This document shows, one piece after another, positions 25,791-40,010 of a DNA stretch of 64,000 nt. The stretch spans positions 97,340,001 through 97,404,000 of the forward strand of contig NC_043000.1 in the NCBI RefSeq assembly GCF_006345805.1, read 5' to 3'. The position numbers were made by a program, and so were the translations under genes. This DNA is from Octopus sinensis (lineage: Eukaryota). Under the pieces are notes generated by a model that was not told the DNA's origin, did no database searches, and saw nothing but the letters and a program-made list of their open reading frames with translations. How positions within the stretch are numbered: position 1 is the first letter of the stretch; every line of letters begins with the position of its first letter.

Positions 25791-27005
25791 CTCTCTTCGA
25801 CTAGATGATATCCAGAAAAAACGTACGGGGCTAACTGCAAACGGTTTCAATGGGCTACATGATTAATATCAATATTCGTTTAAGTCAAAGGACAAGGCAA
25901 ACTCCACATCAGTATCTTGCTTTATTTGGAAGCTTAGACTGCTCCTCTACAACTTTTCAATAAAACTTTTTCGTATTCCAGCAGGCTCTGTTTCTCATAG
26001 AAACTGTGCATCAATGTAATTTGCTATATTCTTCAAATAGGAATCCAAAGTGATTTCTCTTTGCTGTCACACTTCTACAAATCTCTTGGATCAGTTTCAA
26101 ATGACTAACCTGGATGACTGAGTAAATTGAGAAATTTACTCTCTTGTGAACAAAAGATAAGCATGACCGAGATATACCTACATCCTAGTAGAGTGTAAAA
26201 CGTTCTAATAGTACTTTACTCGATAATTCTCTACAGTAATTTTTATCATCTGTCCTGGCTCGTGCAGTGAGAGTCAAATTTACCAATAATTTCACTCTGA
26301 ATACCGCTAAAACGTAACTTATTGAAAATGTCTGATTGACTATTCATCGTCTAGTCAGATACGGAGGGACGTATTTATTACCATTTATAGGGCTTCGAGA
26401 CTTTTAGTGGGGAGTGAGGGAAAGGAGAGGACTGCTTCAAACTGGAGGCTTGAGAGGAATGTTTCCAACTAACTGGATTTCCCAAATGTCTATCAAAAGC
26501 CATTGTGTGGTTTTAAGCTTGGCGATGATCAAGTCTACTAACCAAGCGGGTTTAGAAATCAGATCGCAAAGAACCAGAACAAATGCTGCAAAGCACCAAG
26601 TTGCCTCTCTAACGATTCTGCCAGTCGACCGACTTAGATTATTTCTTTATTAACTGGTCGTAGAAGAATGGATGGTAAGCTGACCACGGCGTGGTTTAAA
26701 TTAGGAATATAAAGAACCAGAATATCGCAAAGCATTTTGTCCACCGCTGCTATGTTCCTGGCATTTCGCAGTCAAGGAAATTAAGACACTTGATAGTGTT
26801 TCAGGGGAAGTCCGAGTAAATTATGAACTGTCCACCTGCAAATATACTTTCGAAATAGTATAGTGAGTGGTATTTTCCTTTTTGTCCGCACATGCGCGCA
26901 CACACACACACACATACAGAGGTAGGTAGATAGACAGTTATTTAGTTAGATATATAGTTAGATACATACATACATACATACATACATACATACATACATA
27001 ATACA

Positions 27006-27039
<34 letters not shown>

Positions 27040-27061
27040 CATACATACACACACACATATA

Positions 27062-27247
27062 TACCGTCTACAGTACCCTCTTTATTTTCTATCCCTGTTT
27101 CTTTCTGTGTTCCTTTCTGTGGAAGAGCGTAGGCTCGAAACATTAAAGTTTTTCACTTCCCTGGCATTAAACTAATACATCTGTTTGTTGTCTTCACCAT
27201 CTGTCCTCGTCTTTTTTTTTTTTTGTGTGTGTGTGAATTCTCCCCAT
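27062..27247 (+). mobile_element. Short non-autonomous repeat with hammerhead-like motif (same family as the 63-kb palindrome)
   Basis: ttctgtggaagagcgtaggctcgaaac...taatacatctgtt is shared with 62989-63170, but this copy is more diverged. Confidence 0.7.
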
Positions 27248-27494
<247 letters not shown>

Positions 27495-27899
27495 TGTTTC
27501 TTATTAGCCACACAGGGCTGCACACAGATAGAACAAATTACAAGGTAGAGCTTTTCTTTTGAAGGTATTAAAAAAAAAAAAAAAAAAAAAGGAAGGGGGG
27601 AGGTTCGATCAAAAGGGATCGTAAAAGGAGAGAAAGAAGAGGACAAAAATAAGGGGGTTAAAAAAAAAAAAAAAAAAAAAGGGGGGGGGAGAGGGAAGAA
27701 AAATGATCAATAGGGATCGTTATCACAGAAATGTCAATATGAAGTGTAAAGGGGAGGACAGGTGAGGTTTACCCGTGGAAAGAAAAGCCTGCAGAAAAGA
27801 CCACGGTAACCTCGGTCAATGAAGTCACATTATTTCTTTTTTTTTTTTTTTTTTTTTTTTGCAAATAAGCAACTCTCTGTTTTCGATTTCTGGGTTCAT

Positions 27900-30800
27900 A
27901 GGACTATGCTCAAGGTGGCTTCGTCATTCATACGTGCCACTTGCTACATTCACCCATCTTTTTTTAAAACATTCGCTAGACAAAACTTGCCTCTCTACTC
28001 TCACTTTCCTTTTCAAGTGGTACTTGAAGAAGTTGATGAGAGATTGACCAGAGAGGAAAGTGTTTGTCTCCAATCCTTTCAGACGCGTCCACAGATACAT
28101 TCTTTCGCCATAGCCACAAGGATGATGAAAATAGCTCTTCCTTCCCGTTTGAAGGAAGGAGGCGTGACAATATTGACGATAGACTCAGCTGATAAACCGA
28201 CTCGTCCCACACGTGACAGCAGTTGTTCGACATAAGCCCACAGGTCGGAAATTGTGGACACTGAACGAGTGCGTGCAGAACGGTTTCGTCGCTCTGACCG
28301 CATCTCGGGCAGGTCGGCCCGTGTTTCTCGAGCCGTGTCTGTAGAGCTTATCCCGAACGGGTAGCGCTTCTCGGTAGCACTGCCAGGCCAGGGATCTCTG
28401 GAAGTTGTCCATGGGCCCTGGCCCGAAAGTCGTCCCGAACAGGCGGGTCAGGTACTCCTCGTCGACGTCCAGGTTCGCCCCGAGCTCGTCGTCGTACCTC
28501 CCCTCCACTAAACCCCTATAGAATGCTTTGGTTGTGTTGAAGTCACTTAAGGTCGACCCAGGACGGCAGAGTTGCTTGAGAGCAACGCGACACTCGCGGT
28601 GCCATTCGCCCTTCCTCGGCCTCTTTTTGATCCACGACTGCAGTTCTGTCATGGAGACGAGCTGCGGGAAAGCGTGCTCACAAACGGCGACCACACCTGT
28701 TCACCGTCGTCTACATAGAGCCGGAGATGTCGCAGTCTCAGCGCGTGTCTGCGCATCATCAACCACGGCATGCCCAGCCCTCCTTTTAACGGGTGTTGAC
28801 AGCAAATGGATCGCCTGACCATCGGGACGCATCCTTTCCACAAGAAGCGAAAGAGGATGCGTTGTAGTTTGGTGATGGTAGGGTCGGGACAAGGTACGAC
28901 GGTCAGGCGGTAGTAGATGACGGACGCGATGTACGTGTTCGCCACCTCCGCTCGACCTTTTAGGGACAGTTTCCTCTCGGCCCATTGCCGGGCGAGAGTG
29001 ACCACCCTACTCGTTATCTCGTTCCAGTTCTTCTCCACTTGGAGGTCCGGACCCAAACCAGACCCCGAGCAACTCAACCGGGCCGTCGGTCCAGCGTCCC
29101 ACGACGGAGGCGCTGGTGGACGGCATGGGCTTGCTTCTCCAGGTGCCTAGTCGCAAGCCACTGACTTTTCCCGGTTGATTTTCGCTCCTGTCACCGCTTC
29201 GTAGTTTTTTTCAGTGTCTCGCCGACCAGCTCGATGTGCTCGTGGCTAGACACTATGACGGTGACGTCGTCCGCGTATGCAGACACGCTCGTCCCGCATC
29301 CCAATTCTCGCGGGATGCCCTTAGAGTCGCCAGCTTCCGCAGTAGTGGCTCAAGAGTCAATACGTATAGAAGCGCCGAGAGGGGGCATCCCTGACGGACC
29401 GAACGTGCAATGTCGAAAGGTCTCGATAGATGTCCATTTACGCGAATTACCGAACGGATGCCTCTGTACAAGGCAGCTATCCAGCCGCGGAAGACGGGAC
29501 CGAAACCAGCCGCTCTCAGGACTGCCTCCAAGTATCGATGGTCTACCCTATCAAAGGCTTTTGATTGATCCAAGTTGATCAGGGCCCCACCCATGCCAGG
29601 TTCGTTAACTACCCTGTCTATGATGTAGCGCATCAGATGGAGGTTGTCATGGATGGTCCGGCCTGGCACGGCGCATGTTTGCGCCTTGTCGACCAGTTTC
29701 TCGATGACAAGCGCCAACCTCTTGGCTAGCACCTTGGCCAAAATTTTCAAGTCTGCATTAAGCAGAGTGATGGGCCTAAAGTTATCTATTACATTTCCCT
29801 TGTTTAGATCTTTCTTCAGCAGTGTTACGGCTCCTCGGCTCACAAAACCGGAATGCTCCCGTTTTGCTGCCAGTTGCAGTACACCGCCGCCAAGAGATCT
29901 CCAAACAAGTCTGGCATACAATTGTAAAAGCTCGTAGGGTAGACCATCCAAACCCGGTGATTTGTCCCTCGAGCATTCTGCCATCGCTTCCCGCACTTCC
30001 GCCGCCGTGATGGCACCTTCGCAGCACCCTGCCTTTCTTGTCGAGAGTCGTGGTAGGCTATGTAGGTAGGCACTGAAGTCCACCCTACGTTCTTGCCCTC
30101 CACTCGTTCCGAACAGTCGGGCAAAATGCTGCTGAAAGGCCTCACACATTTTACTTGGCTCGAGCAATTCGCGCCCCTGTTCATCTACCAGTGACCGAAT
30201 GGTGGCTTTGTTGCCCTGTTGCGCCTCTGCCACCCGGGCCTCTCTCGCGGCTCCAACACCTTCGTTCCTTAGAGCACGCATCCTAGCTCTGACAGCACAT
30301 CCTTCGTGTTTTGGCGTTGAAGTGTTGGTCGAGGGCCAACCTCGCCGCCAAAACGTCGGATGCGATGCCGCTTCTAATTGCCTCTTCTAGCTTTTAACTA
30401 GCTCACCCTCTACTCTATTTCTATCTATGGCTAGTGCTTTGCTGTACCTAATCGCTTCTGCTTTTACTGCTCTCTTGAGGGCAAACCACCATTGTTGTTG
30501 ATGATGGCTCCCGTCAAAGCCCTCTTTACTAGTGTGCTAATCGGTCTCTGAAAACTTGTCTCGATGGGAAAAGACGCGTTTAGTTTCCAGTATCCGGGAC
30601 CCTGCCTAAGTGTCTTACCTAAGTCTAGCGTACATGTCACAAGTTTGTGATCCGTGTAGCTGACTATGTGGAATTGTGGACATCCTATGCTATCTCTATC
30701 TACTGTCCTACACAGTATCCTATCTAGATACGATCTCGACGACCCGATGCGGTTGCTCCATGTCCACGTTGGCGCATTCGGGTGGTCTAGTCGAAACCTG

Positions 30801-31322
30801 TCAGACAGTTGAAAGCGTCTGAGCAGGTCTCTGAGGCATTTGCATCCCCGTCTATTCCTATCTCTACCCACGTAGTCTACATGCGTGTCCAAGGTAGCAT
30901 TCCAATCCCCCACTAAGAGTAAAGGACGAGACGTTCCCAAGAAAACTTCTAGACGTTGAAAGAAATCCGCCCGACCTGTAGGGCGGTGCGTAAATGATAC
31001 GAGCCGAAAAGCGCACCCATTGCTGCCGTCGACATCCAGGACGACCAGTCTACCCTCGGGTCTACGAATATTGTCCTTACATTGAGATCCAGACTCTTGT
31101 GAAAAAGTACCGCGGTGCCACTACCGCCCATTCTCGGCAGACAGGGGGAAAAATAAATGTTGAACTGTCCGCCAAACATGGTCTTTAGGGCCCGCGGATT
31201 GTGGAGTCTGGTCTCGCTTATGGCTATGATTTCTAACTTATGTGACTTATGTCATTTAAGAGGTACCCTTGTTTCCAAGGGGACCCCAAGCCACGCGCAT
31301 TTACACAACCAATCTTGATCAT
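27900..31322 (-). pseudogene. LINE ORF2: AP endonuclease, reverse transcriptase and C-terminal zinc knuckle (several frameshifts)
   Basis: MIKIGCVNARGL, IAISETR, LLVGDWNATLD, YLDRILC, YTDHKLV (APE); RPITLLNADLKILAK, LDQSKAFDRVDH, VRQGCPLS, AYADDVTV near 29270 (RT); CPRCGQSDETVLHALVQC (CCHC). Confidence 0.93.
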
Positions 31323-33322
31323 AGTTCTAATGAATTAGAATACAGAGGGTACTTACTGCTCGAAAGTTTTGCTTTCTCCTCCGTTGGTTTGTCCTCGAGA
31401 AGATCCCAGTACAGTTTCTTTGTGAGATATTTTTGGATTTACCAACCGCACTGGGGAAAATGCCTTTGAGTGTGTGGTGCAGACTTTTGGAGATGTGTAT
31501 TATTTTGATGTGGTCTGGTGGTGTTGTGCATGGGTGGTTGTTTGTTTTTATGTCATCTTCTGTTATGTTTGTTTTTGATTGGATGTATTCATCAAATTTG
31601 TGTTTTTGGTGTCTACGGTGTGAGCATGTTTGCTGTATATGTTTGGTGGTGTTGGTGTGGCTGTTGTTTGCGTTGGGTTTTGAAATGTCTTCGGGAGATG
31701 TATTTCCCCCTGCTTTGTTCGTGTTTGCATTTGGTTGGTTGTGTTTCTGCTCTTTATTTTCCTTCTTTTTGTAGCTATTTGCCATTCCTCACTGGTTTCG
31801 TCTTCCGACGAAATTTCTGAGGAATCAGAAGGGGTAGGGGTATGTTGTGGGCTTCTATGTATGTCTGTGTAAGTGGTTGTGTTGTTGTTTTCGTTTTGTT
31901 GTTGTTGAGTGTTTGTGTGTGTTGAGTGCGGTATAAGGGATGGGGGATCAGTTTGTGTGTGTTTTCTTTGTTTTTCTGTTCCTTTGGGTTTTGCTGTTGA
32001 TGGTAGTGTTGTATTTTTCCAGGTGTCGAGTGGTTTTTGGTTGATGACGGATTAGCTTGGTGTGCTTCTCTTGTCGTCTTCTGTGTTGATGGTGGTGTGG
32101 GTAGTAGAGCTTTTTTTCCGGAGTGCTTTGGTTGTGGTAGTGGTTGTTGTTGTTGCTCTTGGTGTGCAGTGGTGGGCACGTCTTTTTCAAGTGTGTTTCG
32201 CTTCCACACAAATAGCAGCGTGGTCGCCTGCCCTCTACCACTATATAGAGTTTGTAGCCTCCTGGCAGTTCTATAGCGGGGGTATCTTCTCTCTTGCTGC
32301 TTCATCCAATTGAAGCAGGAATTCGATTGATTTGCCCACATAGTCTTTCTCTCCTAGAACCGCGATTTCCAGGATGTTTGTCTCTGACATTGTCTCTGAG
32401 ATTTCAAAGCAGATGGCAGAGACCACCCATTGTGTTTCGACATCAAATGGTATGTTTTTTATTTGGACTTTCGTGACCCTTTTGTTTAAATAGACTGGTA
32501 TCATACCAAGTCGTCCGAATGTAGTTCCAATGTGGAAAAACGTTTTGCTAAACTTTCGTTGAGGAAACGTACTTGGACTGTACCAAATTTGTTTCCCCAA
32601 CTGATATATCCTTGGAGTCCCCTACAGGACGAAGGCATTTATCGATTTTTTCCTGCGGTGCATTTTCTGTTCTTTGTTTTTTGTTTATTACTTTATAAAT
32701 TATTGTTTTTTTGGCGTGTTTTCCACGATGTGTTGTGGAATATGAAGGTGCAATTTGTCTCCTTCTTTGGAGAAGAGTGCCTTTGTGCGGTTTATCTCTT
32801 GTGTGGTGAATGTTACAATTGTTCTTTTTTTTGTTACGTCCGCAAAATTCGTTTGAATTTGCAGTAGAAGTGTTATTGTGGCAGTGTTAATTGAAGTCAT
32901 GGTAGTGGTGTTGGTGTGGCGGTATTAGCAGCAGAAGGCTTGGATGTAGCATTTGACGTCGTAGTAGTGGTGTTGGTGTGGCGGTGTTGTCTTGGTAGGC
33001 GGCTTTGTGCCAATTTCGTTGTTGTTGTTGTGGTGGTGATGGTGGTGGTGCTGGCATTCATGTTTTCGTTTGTATTCATTTTTGAAATCCCTTTCTCTGT
33101 CCCTTTATCATCAAAACAGGGGTGGGGAGTGAGGGGAAATCTAAGTTAATGTCTTGGTCGCGGCGATGGTGAATGCGACGTTAGATTGTTGTTGTTGTTG
33201 TTGGTGGTGGTGATGGTGGTGACAGCGGTGTTCACGCTGCGATGTTTAGCAGCTAGTGGTAGCAATAGTGTTTGCTACAGTTCTGCATGACTGGGGGCTA
33301 GCCACGTGGTTCTAGTTGCCAT
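31320..33322 (-). pseudogene. LINE ORF1 (T/N-rich N-terminus, CCHC zinc knuckle), frameshifted
   Basis: VEGRRPRCYLCGSETHLKKTCP (CX2CX4HX4C) and KVQIKNIPFDV; the start (ATG 33322) and the exact frame path are uncertain. Confidence 0.75.
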
Positions 33323-33538
33323 TTTCAAAATGAAAAATGGCTAAAAAACCCACGAAAGTTTTGAAAGTTTTTTTTGTAATTTCGCCCATACAGGGGCGGA
33401 ATTCTACGTGAATAATTCTCAGGTTTTTTAGTGAATGAATTTGCACAACGATTAAAACAAAAATTTGACACAAGGAGTTTAAACCATGTAAAGTGGCCAA
33501 CTTACTTGGAGCCGATATGACTAGCGTCCGTCCATTGT

Positions 33539-33980
<442 letters not shown>

Positions 33981-34716
33981 TACTGTACTGTACTTCATAA
34001 TATATCTTGTAGATTTTTAGATACATGTAATGCAATATAACATTGAAAGAAAACCCTGATAACGCACCAGTTCAGTAATTTATGTGTGCGTGAGTGTGTA
34101 CACATAAGCACACACATAAAATATAAAAACAATGTATACATATGAATATATGCATGAATGCCTCATGTACATATGGAGATGGGGTTTAGTTTAAAAAGAC
34201 GAAAACCACTTGACCCACTAACCAAATATTGATAATGAAAATCTTTATGGAATTTGCCGAGGTCAAATTCTTCTCTGGTGGAACCATAAAAATGGAATAA
34301 ATTATGACAAGTCTGCAAACCACATCGAAAATTTATCTTATCAGTTCTGTCATCAATACCCTTTATGTCAACCTTGTTTTTTAAGCGGGGGTTGAAAAGG
34401 GAGCGAAGGCATAATATTTTATTTTTTAATCGCGAAAATATTTTGAAATTTGAGTATTTATCGCACGCATCGTTATTGTGAATATAAAAAGGCCTTGAGT
34501 AATATGGATATGCTTTTGTTGTTGCTGTTTTATTGTTTTGTTTTGTTTTCGATTGGCACAAGGTTTGTATTGCTGACTACACTGAATTTGGTATAGATCT
34601 GGTACTTGCATTATTTCTGGATGGCTTGGAGCGATATAAGAATGCTTCCAACAGTTCGGAAATACGTAATGGTGCAAGATTTCTTCGTCGTTAATTTATT
34701 TACTTTCTATTACGAT

Positions 34717-35148
34717 AGGCGCCAGCATGAGCGTGTGGTTGGCAAGCTCGCTTTGCAGGTTCAGTACCACTGCGCGGCACCTTGGGCAAGCGTCTTCTAC
34801 TACAGACCCCGGCCCGACTGCTGTCATATGAGTGAATAAGGTAGACGTATACTGAGTGGAAGCCCGTTGTGTGTATGTGGTGTGTGTGTGTGTGTGTGTG
34901 TGGTTAAGATTTAAATACATGTTAATAAATATTCGATTGCTGTATCCGTTAAAACATCTGTGTGTGCATCTGTGTTTGGCCCCTCCACCACTAAACAAAC
35001 GTCTATCGGTTCGGCAAAGCGATCGATAGAATAAATACCAGACTTCAAGAAAATAAATACTAGTGTGCATCTGTTAAATTTAAACCATGTAACGTGGTGC
35101 CCCAGCATGGCCGCAGCCGAATGAGTGGACGGAATAAAGGATAAAAGA
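34717..35148 (+). mobile_element. Family-A SINE, diverged
   Basis: aggcgccagcatgagcgtgtggtt...cactgcgcggcaccttgggcaagcgtcttctac...ccagcatggccgcag. Confidence 0.75.
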
Positions 35149-36489
35149 TGTGTCGGAAACGTTTATCGCCACAGTGCAGTGTACTTTAAAAAAATTGAAA
35201 ACGTTTCTTTGCTCTTATCACGTCTGCGGTCAAATCCAACTTGTTCCAGTTTGTTAATTCTTGTTTCCTGGATCGATAACATAAATCTTCTTCTCTTACA
35301 TCGCAAGTTGTCATTGTTGTTGCTTAACCCCAGGTCGATTCTGATATAGCAGACCTAAACTCAAAAGCATTTCCATTTGAGGCTACTTTCCTCGCTGTAG
35401 TGAGCCGTCCCTTTTTCTAAGACATGCTATGATCTAGCAAAGCTATGATGTCTAATGATTAGGCTTTTAGATTCAAGACTGTAAGGCAGTAGTATCGATT
35501 TTCCGACCAACTAGCGCTATAAGTCAGATTTTTAGTCCAATACCTTGCAAATATAAAATATCCGCGTCCCTTGAAATCTACGACACATTAGTGGAGGCTG
35601 TGATTGGAAGGAGAATCGGCTGCTATTTCTAGAAGGTACGGTGGTCGCGTTGTACCTGCTTCATTGTGTAGCTCTCATTTTTCAACACCTTTAGGCCTAT
35701 ATGAAATTAAAGTCACCCCAACTTTACCATTATTAGATGACACCTGTCTATTGTAGCTGACATTTGCTTGTGATCTGGATGGTATCTCTTCTTAATAACT
35801 AGGTTTTTTAAAAGCATAACACCTGAGCACATCATAACAAGCAGAATAATATTACAGATGAGAAGATGCTTACCTTTAGTTTTCATAGCGTTATGCAGAT
35901 AAGGTGAGATAATTTTTCCTCGCTAACATATTATATGCAGTTTTTCCCCCACTAAAGTGAAATTGGGCATGATAGAGCGAGCTAGAACTGTTTGCCAAAT
36001 GAAGGGCTGCTGCTACTATCGCTTGGGATAGGATTGATGGTTTCCCACCACGAGGAACATATTTACAGCTAAGTGGCATGATCCATTTGAGAATTTAATG
36101 TCTTGGTCACATACACAATGCAACGCCGAGGAGTGGATAAGAATCTTTGTCATCTTTGTCAGTTGTTCGTTCACTACGCAATCTACGTTACAATAAAAAA
36201 ATTGGTCATCTGCTAAGATTAAAGAATTCAATATTAAGATTTTCAACAATAACAGGCAATTGTAGATCACTTTCAATCACTCATGCACAACAAATCGATA
36301 TTCCATGATACATTTGTATGTTCACAAATGTCGATTTCACCTTTTGTAATATCACTACAGTGAATGATCATAGCAACTAATCCCGTTTTCGTTGATGTAA
36401 AAACAAGATATTGGCAATAAATGACAGATTTCACATCAATAAAAGTATCATCAGATACAAAAGAGAATGAAATGAATAAATAAATGATT

Positions 36490-36782
36490 ATGATAACAGA
36501 GATGATGATGGTGATGATGATGATGACGATGACGACGACGACGACGACGACGACGATGATGATGATGATGATGATGATGACGATGATGATGATATTGATG
36601 AGGAATATGATGATGACGATGATGATATGATGATGACGACGACGACGATGACGATGATGATGATGATGATGACGATGACGATGACGATGACGACGACGAC
36701 GACGATGATGATGATGATGATGATATTGATGAGGATGATGATGATGATGATGATATTGATGAGGATGATGGTGGTGATTATG
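36490..36782 (+). repeat. (GAT)/(GAC)n compound trinucleotide array
   Basis: Direct reading; the block gatattgatgagga recurs three times. Confidence 0.97.
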
Positions 36783-36952
36783 ATCTTTTATTAGCCACAA
36801 GGGCCTCAAATGATACGAAGGCAGGTTAACAATAAAATATATGGCTTTACAGAAAAATCGAATAAAGAAAACAATTAACTACAAAGTAATAATAATTTCT
36901 CTCATTTAGCTATTGAGGGCAATTCCAACAACAACAACAACAACAGCAAAGC

Positions 36953-36996
<44 letters not shown>

Positions 36997-37500
36997 GGTA
37001 CCAAAGCTAAGGAGCTGAAAAGAAAATGCGGTATAAAATGGATAAATGAAATCAATAAAGCAATCGAAAAGATCAAGCGTATGATCCAAACTAAAACAGC
37101 ACGTATAAGGAGGCTTGAAGAAAGATTAAACTTCTTCAAAGACATTAGTATGTTCCGGAATAATACTAAGATCTTCTAAAGAAAAACTTCAAAAGATAAT
37201 ATGACAGTTAAAAAAGCATCAACCAAGGAGAAAGTGCAAAAGTTTTGAAAATCGAACGTGGCCGATGCCTAAAGATCACAGTCGTGCTGCTCCAGGGATG
37301 CATCAGTAATTCAGAGAAATTGAGTTCGAAAGATTTCTCTGTTGAAGATCTCAGGACTGCACTGAGTAAGTCTAGCAAATAGAAATCACTTGGAGAAAAT
37401 AAAATTCCAAACTTTTAGGCAAATGCTCTCCCTGAATCCCAAAAGAGCTTGATACATCGGTAGAAAAACATTGTGGATGACCCTTGCTAGTAAATGGATG
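36997..37500 (+). mobile_element. R4/Dong-like LINE fragment (region N-terminal to RT), decayed
   Basis: LKRKCGI..IEKIKRMIQTKTARIRRLEER..MFRNNTKIF*..KVQKF*..EDLRTALSKSSK*KSLGENKIPNF* resembles the R4-clade KA.RI.RY..FW..IW..NWKAPG.D.I.NFW segment; starts right after (AAT)n. Confidence 0.65.
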
Positions 37501-37814
37501 TGAAGCTCGCAGATTGGTGCCCCGCAGGAACTGTTCAACGTTTGTCTGGGTCCGAAACTCATTCACAAATAAAGTAAAGAATATGAAGCAGGGATTCCAA
37601 CCAAGGATAAAAAAGCTCACCTTCAAACAGTCGTAGATAAGAGGATAGAATCACTGCTACGTTTGAAGGTACGAGAACTCCAGGTTGAGGTAGTATGACT
37701 GTCAGCGGGATAGTGGAACTTGAATCTTAGGTGTATGAGAAGAAGTCAAATAAACGTCGTTGAGCAGATGGACGTAAAGTGTCATTAAGGAATAACAATA
37801 TACAGGATGTGTAA

Positions 37815-38030
37815 GGCTGCGAGCGGACAGAATCGTTAGCACGCCGGCAAAAATTCTTAGCAGCATTTAATCCGTCTTTACGTCCTGAGTTGAAATTCAA
37901 CCGGGGTCGACTTTGCCTTTTATCCCTCCGAGGTCGAAAGTAAGTACCAGTTGAGCACTGGGGTCGATGAAATCGACTTTGCCCCGCCCCCCTAAATTGC
38001 TGTCCTTATGCCAAAGTTTTAAGCCAATAT
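37815..38030 (+). mobile_element. tRNA-derived SINE, family B
   Basis: gcagaatcgttagcacgccgg...ggtcgactttgccttt..tcc..gaggtcga..aagtaccag; homologous to 46918-47350. Confidence 0.8.
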
Positions 38031-38311
38031 ACAGGATGTAGATAGAAGGAGTCAGGGATGATAGATATCTTGGTCTTATAGAGGAAGCTGAGAACATTTG
38101 GTGCTGATGGAGGCAAGTATGAGTTAAGTAAAATATTCTCAAGAATAGGCTCGAAGGAAGACGCAGATGTCTGAAGAAATTGCGGTGATTGTTCACGTAC
38201 GCCTGTGTCTAGTAGTGAGCAAGCAAGTATGTAGGGGGTTGTGTGAAATGTGTATAAGTTTTTTCCGTGTGTATATAGTGGTGGACAGTGTATGTGGAGA
38301 AGGTGGGCCTT

Positions 38312-38382
<71 letters not shown>

Positions 38383-38890
38383 TAAAGTATTAATGACATA
38401 ACAGAGTAATCGCATGCAGAGTGGTTGTTGATGCAAAAGCGTGGAGGTCCATCATGTATGCAGGAAGAATAGTTTTCAGCGTAAACAAGGCATCACAATG
38501 AATGGCTGTGTAGGGGATGGATGGAAAAAAAGGATGTTATAATGTGCATATGCAAACGTTTACCATTATGTGAAAGGAGCGTTGCAAGAAAGCTTGTTAC
38601 ATATATTGTGAGTGAAACTGGATACACGGAAACTGTATAGAAGCCAGTCAGGTGGATTGTGCCCATAGTTTAAAATTTACAATCTTGTCACACATTATGT
38701 TATTCTGATTCTACTTCAGAATTACGTTATGAGCACGCATTATGGGCACGCATTACAAGCACGCGTATCTAAGGAATATTTGTTATGCTTATGTATGGAA
38801 TAATTGTTTCGCGTATATGAAAGGCAAAGGATGAGAGGCAAAGTTACGGGCACGTGTGTTCTATGGAATACTCATCCATTTACAAGTTAA

Positions 38891-39050
38891 CCCTTTGCCT
38901 GTCCTGTGAATCCGAGATACACTGGATGTATCTCCCTGGTGCGCATACACACATATGATACACATTTCTAATTATATTCAACCGATAAAGTAACATGGGA
39001 TTTATGGAAGGAAAGCTTTTTATTACTCAGAATATTATATGAAACAAGGG
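38891..39050. mobile_element. Possible piggyBac-type MITE
   Basis: TTAA|CCCTTTG ... CAAGGG|TTAA, 160 bp, very short TIR only. Confidence 0.35.
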
Positions 39051-40010
39051 TTAAGAAAAAGTTTGAAAACAATTGTGGACGTTTAAGACAAACTTATAAT
39101 AATGCTTTGCACAGACAAAGAATTAAGGGTACACATGTTTGTGAAATGTCCAACCACTTATATGTTAATTCTTTGAGTAAGTTGTTCAGTCGATTGAGTA
39201 ATTGAATACTCATCGGCGAAACCGACGGAGGGCCTCCGCTAAACTGCAACATACTTTATTAAAATGGGTAAAGAAGGATTTGGTATTTGTCACAGCAGGA
39301 GTCGACTTGTAAGAAAATGGGAGGAAGGGAAAGATCTAGATAAAGACAGTTTAAAAGTAAATGGTATGTCAACTGTATGTCAACTTGGAGACAAGTCATT
39401 CTTTGTGAAACACACTCGTTGCCACTGAAATTTGTTGCACTCGGTCATTACGACCAGATACGTCCAAGCCAAAGTCAATAATGAACGGCTGATTCATTTA
39501 TTTATTTGTTCATTCATTCCTTTATATATTTATTTTTGTGTGATTAATTTTCTCGGTTTACTACATTCGTGTCAAGGGCGGCGAATTAAGACTTCATCGG
39601 ACCACATACAAAGCCTGTATCAGTTTTCCATTTGACTATAAAACAACAACAGTAACAATAAAAGAGGCTGTCGTATCCCTTTGATTATTCACGGGAGAAA
39701 TTGTGAGTTAATTACTAGTGAGATTCACATGAAAACGAGTCAGTCATACATAAGAGGAGAAAATAATCTTTCCGAAGTTACTTTGGAGCATTGTTTCGCT
39801 GTGGTTTATAGCATTCTTGCCAACCGTCATCGTGCATACATATGATCAAAGGTGTTCCCACTATGGTCATCCCGACTTTAGGTCAAATATATTCTCTCTG
39901 AAACTACATTAACTCGTGTTTCCTCCCAACTTGTTTTTAAGGCTATATTATTTGATTTTAGGGTGATTTGGCACCTATTTCTAGTCGGTCGAATGACGTG
40001 TAGAAACTCC

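Larger units (their letters stand above)
27495..33538 (-). mobile_element. Full-length Tx1/L1-clade LINE (5' UTR, ORF1, ORF2, T-rich 3' UTR), frameshifted
   Basis: Two-ORF layout with APE-RT-CCHC ORF2 and a CCHC ORF1; both ends abut (GATA)n. Confidence 0.92.
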
